The position numbers were made by a program, and so were the translations under genes. Below, one piece after another: positions 27,216 to 37,983 of a DNA stretch of 64,000 bases. The notes under the pieces are model-generated. The model saw only the letters and a list, made by a program, of their open reading frames with translations. It ran no database searches and was not told the origin of the DNA. Every line of letters starts with the position of its first letter. Position 1 is the first letter of the stretch. This DNA is from Minisyncoccota bacterium (GTDB lineage: Bacteria > Patescibacteriota > Minisyncoccia > Phycocordibacterales > UBA1006), in contig JAQVEZ010000001.1 in assembly GCA_028697455.1 (NCBI GenBank), forward strand, positions 67,902 through 131,901, written 5' to 3'.

Positions 27216-27977
27216 TTATAAATTTTGTTGACGCTTCCATTCATAGAGCACCACAGCAGCAGCAACAGAAACATTAAGCGATTCAACATTATTTTCCATG
27301 GGAATCGAGAGGATATAATCTGAATGTTCTCTCGTTTTTTCACTTACCCCTTTTCCTTCCCCTCCGAGAACAAAGGCCATAGGGCTATCATGCAAAGAAT
27401 GTTTCCATAGAGGTTGAGAAAGTCCTTCTTCGTCCATATCTACAGCAGCAATCCAAAACCGAGATTTTTTGAGTTTTTCAATGCTGTGGTTGATGTTTGA
27501 CACACGCACAATAGGAACCTTTACTATCGTTCCTGCTGAGGTTTTGTAGCTAATTGCGTTGATAGGAGCTTGTCGGTCTTTGGCTACAATTACCCCCGCA
27601 ACACCAACAGCAGCAGCGGTGCGAACAAGAGCGCCAAAATTATGAATATCTTCTATGTGATCAAGAACAAGAACTGCTGGATTATCCTCAATATTGAGAG
27701 TCTCAATCCATTCATCAAAATCTTGATACTCTGCCCTTTTGATAAGTGCAATAACTCCCTGATCATTAACATCTCCTACATATTCTTTGATTTTTTGTTT
27801 TGTTACTGGATTAACAGGGATTCGGTGCTCTTTTGCTTTTTCTCGGAGATCTTTGACTCCCCCATAGAGATCTGCCATCTTGTCTGAGATAAAAATTCGT
27901 AGAATATTCTCTGGATTACGCAAGAGCTGCTCTTCTATTGGTTTTTTCCCATAGATATAAAAACTTTCTTTGTTCAT
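27216..27977 (-). CDS. rlmB: SpoU/TrmH family rRNA 2'-O-methyltransferase (RlmB-like)
   Basis: N-terminal L30e-like substrate-binding domain, then the SPOUT motifs LVLDHIEDIHNFGALVRTAAAVGVAG ... FVLGGEGKGVS ... SLNVSVAAAV. Confidence 0.8.
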   Translation of the reverse strand: MNKESFYIYGKKPIEEQLLRNPENILRIFISDKMADLYGGVKDLREKAKEHRIPVNPVTKQKIKEYVGDVNDQGVIALIKRAEYQDFDEWIETLNIEDNPAVLVLDHIEDIHNFGALVRTAAAVGVAGVIVAKDRQAPINAISYKTSAGTIVKVPIVRVSNINHSIEKLKKSRFWIAAVDMDEEGLSQPLWKHSLHDSPMAFVLGGEGKGVSEKTREHSDYILSIPMENNVESLNVSVAAAVVLYEWKRQQNL

Positions 27978-28083
27978 AGCTAGAAGTATAAGGATTTCTC
28001 AAGAAAAGTAAAAAGCCTTGTTATTTTATCAATACTCTATATGCTTAGGTTTAGATTTTTAATAAAACTAATACCAATATATT

Positions 28084-28506
28084 ATGGGAGATTTTAGAAA
28101 ACCATTTACCAAAAACAAAGGAGATACTGAACGAGTGATGCACAAAGCAGTTTGTGATACCTGTGGAAAGGATTGTGAAATCCCTTTTGAACCAACCAAA
28201 GGAAAGCCTGTTCTTTGTTCCGATTGTTTTAAAGCATCAGCACCACGAAAAGATTTTGGAAAGCCACGATTTGAACGTCCTTCTGGGAGACGAGATTTTG
28301 GGGAACGTCGAGAACGTCAGGAAAAGCCAGATATGTCCGAATCAGTTATGTTCCAAGTTGATAAACTTAAAAAACAAATTGATGCCTTGGAGCAGAAAAT
28401 TGATCTTATTGCTAAGGCTTTGAAGATAGCGGTACCAACCCAAAAGAAAACACTTGAAGGGCTCAAAGATACTCTTGAAAAAGCTCAGAAATCTGAAGAA
28501 GAATAA
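28084..28506 (+). CDS. zinc-ribbon (CxxC...CxxC) protein with basic linker and C-terminal coiled coil
   Basis: CDTCGKDCEIPFEPTKGKPVLCSDCF, followed by an R/E/F-rich stretch and a heptad-like tail. Confidence 0.6.
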   Translation: MGDFRKPFTKNKGDTERVMHKAVCDTCGKDCEIPFEPTKGKPVLCSDCFKASAPRKDFGKPRFERPSGRRDFGERRERQEKPDMSESVMFQVDKLKKQIDALEQKIDLIAKALKIAVPTQKKTLEGLKDTLEKAQKSEEE

Positions 28507-28507
28507 A

Positions 28508-28536
28508 AAACCAAACTAAAGAAGTTGGTTTTTTAT
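28508..28536. terminator. rho-independent terminator between convergent genes
   Basis: AACCAA actaaagaag TTGGTT followed by TTTTTT. Confidence 0.4.
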
Positions 28537-29079
28537 TTGTTGTATCATTTTGAGATTTTCTTCAGAAATAATTATTGGGATGAAACGTTCTTTCTCTTTG
28601 TCCGAGAGACGGAATAGTTTATCAATACTCCAAGATTCAAAGCCTAGAGACTTCCCTTCTTCTACTTTAAGATCATTAATATCTCCTTTGTAGAGATAAG
28701 CATAGTAAGTACGAAAGACATTGTTTGTCATTCCTGTCGTTTCATCGAAGCTTTCACTCCTGGTTTTTTTGACGAAAACAAGGTCATTTATGTGGAGATT
28801 AAGCCCTGTTTCTTCCCTACATTCCTTTATCGCTGTTTCGGCGTAGCTCATTCCTGGCTCAACATGACCTCCTACGGTAGCATCAAGTTTGTCGGGTCGA
28901 GCTTCTTTGTTTTTTGCCCTGTGTTGGAAAATAATTTCTTCATGGGGAGTGAGAAAGTAGATATGAACTTCTCTATGGAGAAGCCCCTTTTGATGGATTA
29001 TTCCTCGTTTTTCTAACCTAACGACAAAGTCATTCTCATCAACAACTTCTAACAGAGCTTCATTTTTTCTTATTTCTGC
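28516..29079 (-). CDS. NUDIX hydrolase
   Basis: Nudix box GGHVEPGMSYAETAIKECREETGL. The start is probably at MAEIRKNEA. Confidence 0.8.
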   Translation of the reverse strand, partial: AEIRKNEALLEVVDENDFVVRLEKRGIIHQKGLLHREVHIYFLTPHEEIIFQHRAKNKEARPDKLDATVGGHVEPGMSYAETAIKECREETGLNLHINDLVFVKKTRSESFDETTGMTNNVFRTYYAYLYKGDINDLKVEEGKSLGFESWSIDKLFRLSDKEKERFIPIIISEENLKMIQQIKNQLL

Positions 29080-29133
29080 CATAAAAATATGATATATCAA
29101 GATAATAAAAAAAGAAACACTTTTTGTTTCTTT

Positions 29134-29826
29134 TTATTTTAAGAGATATCGTAATGTTGATACTACTCGTACGTTCTTGAATTCTGGTGAACCAGGATCT
29201 TTGTCAGTAATAGTAAAGACTCCTTGATTCGCTCGTGCAATAGATCCAACTGAAACGCCTGAATCCCGTGCGAATTCTTCGGCAGAAGATCGAGCATTTG
29301 CAATTGCTTCGGCAAGCATTTCTGATTTAATATTGTTGATATCAGAATATTCAAATTGAATATACGAATCAGTCATAATAACTCCTTTCTTAATCAATTC
29401 GAGAGTGTTTTGTGACGTTTGTTTTACAAGGTCTACCTTATCAGTGTACACAGACATCGAAATATGTGCGTTATAACGATACAGCGAACTCTGATAAGTA
29501 TCTTGATAGGTTTGAACGGGAGCAGTACTAATTTCGTCTTCAGTAAATCCTGCTTTTAGAAGAAAATTTTTAACCTCACCTATATAAGTATTGATCTGGC
29601 TAAAAAGATCTTCGCTGTTGTTTGATTTTACCTCAAAGTTAATCGGCCAGATTGCCCGGTCAGATTTTACAATTCTTTCTGAGAGTCCCTTTACTTCAAC
29701 ATATTTCCCTTGATTAGAAAATCCCTTCGCTGCTGCAAGAAATATCAGCGCACAAACAAGAATTGTTACCGAAATAATAATAATAAAAACTTTTTTACCA
29801 CCTTTTTTTGTTATTGTGTTTTCCAT
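29134..29826 (-). CDS. SIMPL domain (DUF541/YggE-like) protein, membrane-anchored
   Basis: N-terminal TM helix and the SIMPL family pattern (SMSVYT..., EAIANARSSAEEFARDSGVSVGSI). Confidence 0.8.
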   Translation of the reverse strand: MENTITKKGGKKVFIIIISVTILVCALIFLAAAKGFSNQGKYVEVKGLSERIVKSDRAIWPINFEVKSNNSEDLFSQINTYIGEVKNFLLKAGFTEDEISTAPVQTYQDTYQSSLYRYNAHISMSVYTDKVDLVKQTSQNTLELIKKGVIMTDSYIQFEYSDINNIKSEMLAEAIANARSSAEEFARDSGVSVGSIARANQGVFTITDKDPGSPEFKNVRVVSTLRYLLK

Positions 29827-29882
29827 ACTTTATCATTTTAACATTTCATCAAAACAAAAACAATTCTAAAGAGAATTGTTTT

Positions 29883-30329
29883 TTATCTTCTGTATTTCTT
29901 TCTCCTCCATTTATCAGCAATTTTTACTCGTGTGAGTGAACGTTCAAGATCTGTCTGAAAATGTTCAAAGTCAACAATATCCTTATTTTCTGCTGCAATA
30001 CGAAGCTCTTCTGCCCGCTTTTGAGCTTTTGCTATTTCTTCATCTGAGATATCGGCAACATGTTCGGCAAAATCAGCAAGAACAACAACAATGGTGTTTC
30101 CGTTTTCTTGTTTTACTTCAAGGAACCCCCCAACAACAGCAATGGGAACGTATTCTCCCTGAGTCATGGCAACAATATCTCCGTGAGCCAAAACAGCAAT
30201 AAGTGGAATGTGATTCGGAAGAATGGTAAGCTCCCCTTCCGTGGTAGCAACCGTAACAAAATCAACTACTTCTTGGAGAATTAGTTTCTCTGGGGTAACA
30301 ATGTTAAGTTGTAGTTGTTTTGTTGACAT
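29883..30329 (-). CDS. atpC: F1Fo ATP synthase subunit epsilon
   Basis: LNIVTPEKLILQEVVDFVTVATTEGELTILPNHIPLIAVL is the epsilon beta-sandwich signature. Last gene of the atp operon. Confidence 0.9.
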   Translation of the reverse strand: MSTKQLQLNIVTPEKLILQEVVDFVTVATTEGELTILPNHIPLIAVLAHGDIVAMTQGEYVPIAVVGGFLEVKQENGNTIVVVLADFAEHVADISDEEIAKAQKRAEELRIAAENKDIVDFEHFQTDLERSLTRVKIADKWRRKKYRR

Positions 30330-30368
30330 AGATAATGAGGTTTTGTAGTGGTGAAGTCAGAAAAAGAT

Positions 30369-31733
<1,365 letters not shown>

Positions 31734-31743
31734 TTAATTACGA

Positions 31744-32661
31744 TTAATTGAGTGATGCCATTCCGGCACTAATTTCTGAAATTTCTTGAGTGATAGAAGC
31801 TTGACGCGCCTTATTAAAGACAAGTGTCAAATCGTCAATCATCTCTCCTGCAGCGTCAGATGCGTTTTTCATTGCCATCATTCTTGCTGATTGTTCAGAG
31901 GCAGAGGATTCGAGGACCATTTGATAAATTTGCATTCTGACAAGTTTTTCTGCAAGTACTTCGATAAGAGAATTCATATCTCCTTCAAAGCTATAACGAG
32001 CATAATCTTTTTGAGAATTTGTTGACCCCTTACTTTCTTTTTGAATTTTTGAAAGTTCTTCTTTTTGGATGGGGAGAAGTTTCTTAATTTGAGCTTTCTG
32101 CGAAAGAGCTGACACAAAATCAGTATACGCAATATAAACCTCAGTATATTTACCAGATTTATATTTTTCGGTAATAAACTGTGAAAGCGAAGAAATATCT
32201 CGCAAACCAACGATATCAGGCATTTCAGTAAAGGAGAGGATTACTTCTTGTCCAACATGACGCATAGCTGAATCCCCTTTTTTTCCAACACTGACAATTT
32301 CAATATTACTTTCTCCCGAGAGTTCTTTGATCTTTGTAAGGGTTTTTTGTACTACTTGAGTATTATATGATCCACAAAGACCTCGGTTCGAACTTACTAA
32401 GACAATGAGTGTGTTGTTTTTTTGACCTGTTTTATTTTCTTTTGGTTTCTTTTGTTCAAAAAATGGATGGGCAATCTCATCAATTCGATGAGCAACAGAA
32501 GTTAAAAGCTCCCACGAATATTCAGCGTAGAGTCGGGATGACAAAGTCTGAGAAACAGCACGCTTCATTTTTGAAGCCGCAACCATTTCCATGGCTTTGG
32601 TGATTTTTTTGGTGTTCTTAACACTTTTAATTCTTCTTTTAATTTCTTTTGTTCCAGTCAT
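31744..32661 (-). CDS. atpG: F1Fo ATP synthase subunit gamma
   Basis: IKRRIKSVKNTKKITKAMEMVAASKMKRA at the N-terminus and QITQEISEISAGMASL at the C-terminus, the gamma signatures. Confidence 0.9.
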   Translation of the reverse strand: MTGTKEIKRRIKSVKNTKKITKAMEMVAASKMKRAVSQTLSSRLYAEYSWELLTSVAHRIDEIAHPFFEQKKPKENKTGQKNNTLIVLVSSNRGLCGSYNTQVVQKTLTKIKELSGESNIEIVSVGKKGDSAMRHVGQEVILSFTEMPDIVGLRDISSLSQFITEKYKSGKYTEVYIAYTDFVSALSQKAQIKKLLPIQKEELSKIQKESKGSTNSQKDYARYSFEGDMNSLIEVLAEKLVRMQIYQMVLESSASEQSARMMAMKNASDAAGEMIDDLTLVFNKARQASITQEISEISAGMASLN

Positions 32662-32691
32662 ATTTTTTAGAAAAGTAACCTTTGTTACTCT

Positions 32692-34194
32692 TTAGGATTG
32701 TACAAATCCTTCTTTGAAGTCAGCAATGGCTTTGATAAGCTCTGCTTCACCTTCATCAGTCCACATTTTTGTGGTGTTTACCTCTTCGTAAAACTTCTTT
32801 GCATTTTGCTCGGTGTAATCAAGAAGTCCTTCCTCAAAAGCTTTGATATTTTCAAGAGGAACATCATCAATAAATCCTCGAGTGAGAGCAAAGAGTATTA
32901 CAACCTGGTGGATAGTTTTAATTGGAGCGTATTGTGGTTGTTTTAAGAGCTCCACAGCTCTTCGTCCACGTTCAAGTTGTTTCTTGGTAGCATCATCAAG
33001 ATCTGATCCAAATTGAGAGAATGCTTCAAGCTCTCTAAATTGAGCAAGGTCGAGTTTTAATGTCCCAGCAACTTTCTTCATCGCTTTGATTTGAGCTGAG
33101 GAACCTACTCGAGAAACAGATATTCCAACGTTAATGGCAGGACGAATCCCTTTATAAAAGAGATCACTTTCAAGAAAGATCTGCCCATCAGTAATCGAAA
33201 TTACGTTGGTAGGAATATACGCTGAGACATCTCCTGCTTGAGTTTCGATAATAGGAAGAGCGGTGATTGATCCCCCTCCATGCTGTTCGTTTCTTCGACA
33301 TGATCTTTCAAGCAATCGTGAGTGAAGATAAAAAATATCTCCTGGATAAGCTTCACGTCCTGGAGGACGACGAAGGAGAAGTGAGATCTCACGGTACGCA
33401 ACAGCGTGTTTTGAGAGGTCATCAAAAACAATCAAAACATCTTTTCCCTGATCCATAAAGTATTCAGCAATTGCCATCCCACTGTAAGGAGCGATATAAG
33501 AAAGCGCTGCAGGTTCTGAAGATCCTGCGGAAACAATAATGGTATAATCCATGGCTCCACCTTCTTCAAGTCGTGATTGAAGTTTTCGTAATTTTGAATC
33601 TTTTTGCCCGATGGACACATATACACAGATCATGTTTTCTCCTTTTTGATTCAAGATAGTATCGATAGCAATAGCGGTCTTCCCTGTTTGTCGATCCCCG
33701 ATAATGAGCTCTCGCTGACCTCGTCCAACAGGAATAAGAGAATCAATTGCCTTGATTCCTGTTTGAACCGGTTGATCAACAGATTGACGCGAAATAACCC
33801 CAGAAGCAACTCGTTCAATTGGGTAGTGTGTTTTAGGGTTTAGAGGTGCCTTTTGATCAATGGGCATTCCGAGAGCATTTACGACACGACCAATAGTTTC
33901 ATCACCAACAGGAATCTCCAAGATTCGCCCTGTGGTATGCACCTCATCACCTGCTTTGATATTTGAAAAATCACCAAGAATAACAACCCCAACCGTATCT
34001 TCATCAAGGTTTAAAGCTACTCCTATTTCTCCTCCTGGAAAAGTTACCATCTCTGAGGCCTTGATATCTGAAAGTCCAGAAACACGAGCAATACCATCAA
34101 AAACCTCAAGTACTGATCCTGTCTTTTCTGCCCTCATTTCTATTTGGAAATTTGCTATTTGGTTTTTTAGTTTTTCGATAATGTGATTACTCAT
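32692..34194 (-). CDS. atpA: F1Fo ATP synthase subunit alpha
   Basis: [18 protein letters not shown] (P-loop), with an overall collinear match to alpha subunits. Confidence 0.95.
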   Translation of the reverse strand: MSNHIIEKLKNQIANFQIEMRAEKTGSVLEVFDGIARVSGLSDIKASEMVTFPGGEIGVALNLDEDTVGVVILGDFSNIKAGDEVHTTGRILEIPVGDETIGRVVNALGMPIDQKAPLNPKTHYPIERVASGVISRQSVDQPVQTGIKAIDSLIPVGRGQRELIIGDRQTGKTAIAIDTILNQKGENMICVYVSIGQKDSKLRKLQSRLEEGGAMDYTIIVSAGSSEPAALSYIAPYSGMAIAEYFMDQGKDVLIVFDDLSKHAVAYREISLLLRRPPGREAYPGDIFYLHSRLLERSCRRNEQHGGGSITALPIIETQAGDVSAYIPTNVISITDGQIFLESDLFYKGIRPAINVGISVSRVGSSAQIKAMKKVAGTLKLDLAQFRELEAFSQFGSDLDDATKKQLERGRRAVELLKQPQYAPIKTIHQVVILFALTRGFIDDVPLENIKAFEEGLLDYTEQNAKKFYEEVNTTKMWTDEGEAELIKAIADFKEGFVQS

Positions 34195-34195
34195 A

Positions 34196-34603
34196 TTAAT
34201 TTTTTATTAAATAATCGTGTAATTTTTGGATCTTATTCTTAAGTGAGATATCAATAACCTCATCTCCAACTTCAATCCTTAATCCTCCAAGAATTTCTGA
34301 TGAAATTATCTCTTCCAAGACAACCTCTTTGGTTTGATATTTTTCTTTGAGTGCTTTTGAAAGATCTTTGCGTGTTGACGGCTTGAGTGCCTGATGACTA
34401 ATAACCTTTACCCGTGTAATTCCTTCATTATCATCTATAAGTTTTTGAATCTTTGAAAGAATGATGTCAGATTGAGAAAGAAGTTTGTGTTCTCTAAGAA
34501 GCTTTACCGAACGAATAACACACTCATCAAGTTCCTTTCCAGTCTTCCCTTTTGTAGAAGCATAAATTGCCTCGGCAATATCGTTGTTGCTGATAGTCGT
34601 CAT
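34196..34603 (-). CDS. atpH: F1Fo ATP synthase subunit delta (OSCP), short
   Basis: Its position between atpF and atpA and an OSCP-like helical pattern. It is 135 aa. Confidence 0.75.
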   Translation of the reverse strand: MTTISNNDIAEAIYASTKGKTGKELDECVIRSVKLLREHKLLSQSDIILSKIQKLIDDNEGITRVKVISHQALKPSTRKDLSKALKEKYQTKEVVLEEIISSEILGGLRIEVGDEVIDISLKNKIQKLHDYLIKN

Positions 34604-34609
34604 AGTCCG

Positions 34610-35101
34610 TTAAATAGTTTTAATTACCCCAGCTACTTTTTCTTCGATGTTCGAAGTATCTTCCGTTTCAAGTATCTTTTGGGTTGCTTGAATGACCAAG
34701 CTTGCTACTTCTTTTTTGGCATCAAGAAGCATTTTTTCTTTTTCGGTTTCGAGGGCTTTTTTCCCACTAGCAATCATTTCTTCGACTTCAGTTGCTGTTT
34801 GAGATAAAAGTTCATTTCGTTTCTCTTCTGCTTCTTTTTTTCCTTCGTTAAAGATAATGAGAGCTTTTGCACGAGCTTCTCTCAGTGCCTTATCGTATTC
34901 AGTCGTTGTTGCTTTGAGGATTTCAGCATTTGCTTCTGCATCGTGAATTCCACGTGCTATTTTTGATGAGCGTTCTGACATTAATTTTTTTAATGGCTTC
35001 AAGGCAAAAACATAGACAACAAGAATAACAACTCCAAAGTTTATGAGCTGTGCAATGATGATCTTCCAGTCAATATGAAAAGTTGAAATAAGGGATTCCA
35101 T
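34610..35101 (-). CDS. atpF: F1Fo ATP synthase subunit b
   Basis: Single N-terminal TM helix, a long charged helix, and its operon position. Confidence 0.85.
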   Translation of the reverse strand: MESLISTFHIDWKIIIAQLINFGVVILVVYVFALKPLKKLMSERSSKIARGIHDAEANAEILKATTTEYDKALREARAKALIIFNEGKKEAEEKRNELLSQTATEVEEMIASGKKALETEKEKMLLDAKKEVASLVIQATQKILETEDTSNIEEKVAGVIKTI

Positions 35102-35205
35102 AAAAATGCAGAATAATAAATAAAAATAAAATAAATAGTTAAGTGATTAACTCCTCGCTCCTGTTGCCGAGAACATCTCGTGCAACAGATGCTAGGAATC
35201 AAGTC

Positions 35206-35427
<222 letters not shown>

Positions 35428-35436
35428 TTAAAATAA

Positions 35437-36378
35437 TTAGTTAATAACAACACCACGATCATTGTGATGTGGGGATACCTTAGAATGACGTTCCTCTTCT
35501 TCGTGTTCATCGTGGTCTTGGGCTGCAATCGTAAAGTATACGAGGACTAGTATAGAGAAAATAAACGCTTGAATCAAGCCCACGAATATCTCAAGGAAGA
35601 TAAAAGGTACCGGAAGAATATAAGTAAAAATAGCGGCCATAGCCAAAAGGAGAACTTCTCCCGCAAAAACATTTCCAAAAAGTCGAAATGAAAGTGAGGC
35701 TACTTTGGCAAATTCACTAATAATCTCCAAAACCCCGACGAAGAACGAAACAGGAGCTACTACCAACACGGTTGGGTCTTTTCGAATATTCTTTGCCGCA
35801 TGAACAAAAGTCTGAAGATTAATATACTTGTTAAAAGCTTTCCATATTCCAACCGAAAGAATCCCAAAAACATTAGCAGCAATAACGGAAAGAATTGCAA
35901 GAGCAAGAGTTGTGTTAATATCGGCAGTTCCACTACGCAAGAATGGAATAAATGATGAAACACCACTCTCCTGATGGATAACCCCAAATCCCCCAAAAGG
36001 AAGAATTCCTAACCAATTGTTAATAAGAATAAAGAGAAAAATTGAGAACACTAAGGGAAAAGCTTTTTCTGACACTGAACGGTCATTCGTTACTTGATCA
36101 GAAAGTGAAAGTGCTCCATCAATAATATATTCAAAGAAGTTTTGTATTCCACGAGGAATTTCTTTGAGTCGAGTACGAAGAATCGCAACAAAGACAATGA
36201 TTATCACAACAGTAGCCCATGCAGTTATCAGAGCATTAGTTACTGGAAAATTTCCAATAGCAGTAACTGGTTCGGCGTGAAGAGTGATTTCATGGGATAT
36301 TTCTTGGTTTTCCAAAGATTCTAATGCTATTACATCATCGATTACCTCATCGACTATTTCATTATGTTCTGGTGTCAT
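35437..36378 (-). CDS. atpB: F1Fo ATP synthase subunit a, with a His/Glu-rich C-terminal tail
   Basis: Polytopic subunit a pattern including the conserved Arg region (NVFAGEVLLLAMA...). The C-terminus reads DHDEHEEEERHSKVSPHHNDRG. Confidence 0.9.
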   Translation of the reverse strand: MTPEHNEIVDEVIDDVIALESLENQEISHEITLHAEPVTAIGNFPVTNALITAWATVVIIIVFVAILRTRLKEIPRGIQNFFEYIIDGALSLSDQVTNDRSVSEKAFPLVFSIFLFILINNWLGILPFGGFGVIHQESGVSSFIPFLRSGTADINTTLALAILSVIAANVFGILSVGIWKAFNKYINLQTFVHAAKNIRKDPTVLVVAPVSFFVGVLEIISEFAKVASLSFRLFGNVFAGEVLLLAMAAIFTYILPVPFIFLEIFVGLIQAFIFSILVLVYFTIAAQDHDEHEEEERHSKVSPHHNDRGVVIN

Positions 36379-36442
36379 CGTTAGTAAAAATAAAAAAGTA
36401 TTGCTCTAAAAACAATAAAATTTTTCAAAAAGAAAAATTTTG

Positions 36443-36516
36443 TGCGCATGCCAAGACTTGAACTTGGGACCTCGTCATTATCAGTGACGCGCTCTAACCA
36501 CCTGAGCTACACGCGC
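36443..36516 (-). tRNA. tRNA-Ile(GAT)
   Basis: Acceptor GCGCGUG/CAUGCGC, anticodon loop CUGAUAA, T-loop UUCAAGU. Confidence 0.85.
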
Positions 36517-36653
36517 ATAACTGAAATAGTATAACAGAAAAAGACATTTTGCAAAGAGACGAGAACCCTCTACTCAAATTTATTAATAGCGAATTTAAAG
36601 AATCATCATGAATTTATTAAAAATAAAACAAAATACCATTTTGGGTACTTCTG

Positions 36654-36727
36654 TGCTCAGGGGCAGACTCGAACTGCCGACATCTTGCTCTTCAGGCAAG
36701 CGCTCTAACCAACTGAGCTACCTGAGC
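36654..36727 (-). tRNA. tRNA-Phe(GAA)
   Basis: Acceptor GCUCAGG/CCUGAGC, anticodon loop CUGAAGA, T-loop UUCGAGU. Confidence 0.9.
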
Positions 36728-36738
36728 ATTATAAGAAA

Positions 36739-37056
36739 CTATCTATTCACAAGATTCTGAAAGATATTTGCCAAATCATTTCCCTCTTGAATCGTCGGTA
36801 TTTGGTTTGCTGTTCCTATTGTTTCTCCAATTCCTTGGTAAAGGTTCATGAGATTCTTAAGGTATGGGATGGAGATGATAGAGGTTCCCACCAAAAAAGC
36901 TACGATAAGAAGATAGTAGAATCCCTTTATTAGGGTATTTCTTCTAAGGTTTGTATGAATCTTTTTTAATAATTCATTGTTTTCTTTGAGAAGAGCTGAA
37001 TTCTTCTCTAGAAGAAATCGATGTTCTTCAGAAGACTTTGAATGATCTTGATTCAT
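36739..37056 (-). CDS. hypothetical single-TM protein embedded between tRNA genes
   Basis: N-terminal coiled-coil-like region and one TM helix (FYYLLIVAFLVGTSIISI). The start is set at MNQDHSK. Confidence 0.4.
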   Translation of the reverse strand: MNQDHSKSSEEHRFLLEKNSALLKENNELLKKIHTNLRRNTLIKGFYYLLIVAFLVGTSIISIPYLKNLMNLYQGIGETIGTANQIPTIQEGNDLANIFQNLVNR

Positions 37057-37105
37057 ACGATGGAAAGTATAACACAAGACGCTCGAGAATCAAACGATTG
37101 CTGTG

Positions 37106-37178
37106 TGTCCTCACCAAGACTTGAACTTGGATCTAGAACTTAGGAGGTTCTTGTTCTTTCCCGTTGAACTATGAGGAC
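37106..37178 (-). tRNA. tRNA-Arg(CCT)
   Basis: Acceptor GUCCUCA/UGAGGAC, anticodon loop CUCCUAA, T-loop UUCAAGU. Confidence 0.85.
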
Positions 37179-37231
37179 AGTATTCATAAATATACTCATT
37201 AATGGGAAAAATAAAAACCCCTTGAGGGTTT

Positions 37232-37468
37232 TTATTTTAATTCAAGCAAGTCTCGAAGTTTTCCTTCGTTGAAACCAACAACGAGATCACCATTAATCTC
37301 GATAACAGGAACTCCCATTTGACCAGTTTTTTCAACCATTTCTGCTCTTTTATCAGCATCTTCAGCAACATTGTAATCAGTATAAGTAATGTTGTTTTCT
37401 TGGAAGAAGTCTTTTGCCATGTGGCAAAAATGACAGGTAGGGGTTGAGTAAATTGTTACATCCTTCAT
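37232..37468 (-). CDS. glutaredoxin-like (NrdH/Grx family) thiol-disulfide oxidoreductase
   Basis: VTIYSTPTCHFCHMAKDFF carries a CxxC motif in a thioredoxin fold, with GVPVIEINGDLVVGF at the C-terminus. Confidence 0.8.
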   Translation of the reverse strand: MKDVTIYSTPTCHFCHMAKDFFQENNITYTDYNVAEDADKRAEMVEKTGQMGVPVIEINGDLVVGFNEGKLRDLLELK

Positions 37469-37533
37469 ATTTTTATAGGTGTTTTAATTTCTAATAATAT
37501 ATTAATAATAGCAGGTATTTGATTTTTATCAAT

Positions 37534-37836
37534 TTATTCTATGATTTTGATGACTTTTTCATAGGGATTACTAACAACCCCTTTTTTCTTGAGTTCGTAC
37601 TCTTTTCCTTGGTCTGTTTCAAGGTAATCTATTTTGTTTTGGAGCTCTTCTTCTTTTTTTTCAAGGTCACGATACTTGTTTTCGTAATATTCCTTTTCTT
37701 CTTTTGCAATGGAATATTTTTTGATCAGCCCTAGTACACCCTTAATACTTAACAAGAGAAAAACCAATAATAACCCAATCACGAAGGGGCTATTAAAAAA
37801 GTTTGTATGATTTTTCCTTGTCTGAATGGTTTTCAT
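37534..37836 (-). CDS. septum formation initiator family protein (FtsB/DivIC-like)
   Basis: N-terminal TM helix followed by a coiled coil (EEKEYYENKYRDLEKKEEELQNKIDYLETD). Confidence 0.55.
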   Translation of the reverse strand: MKTIQTRKNHTNFFNSPFVIGLLLVFLLLSIKGVLGLIKKYSIAKEEKEYYENKYRDLEKKEEELQNKIDYLETDQGKEYELKKKGVVSNPYEKVIKIIE

Positions 37837-37983
37837 AATATATACTTATCTTCAATATGAATGTATTTAGTAAAAAGGCAAGAAAGAGAGTAAAAATCTT
37901 TATGATTGTTATTGGACTCTTTGTTTCTCTCAGCATGGTCTTGATGTACTCAGGATTCTTTGGATAAAACCCTTAATGGGTTT

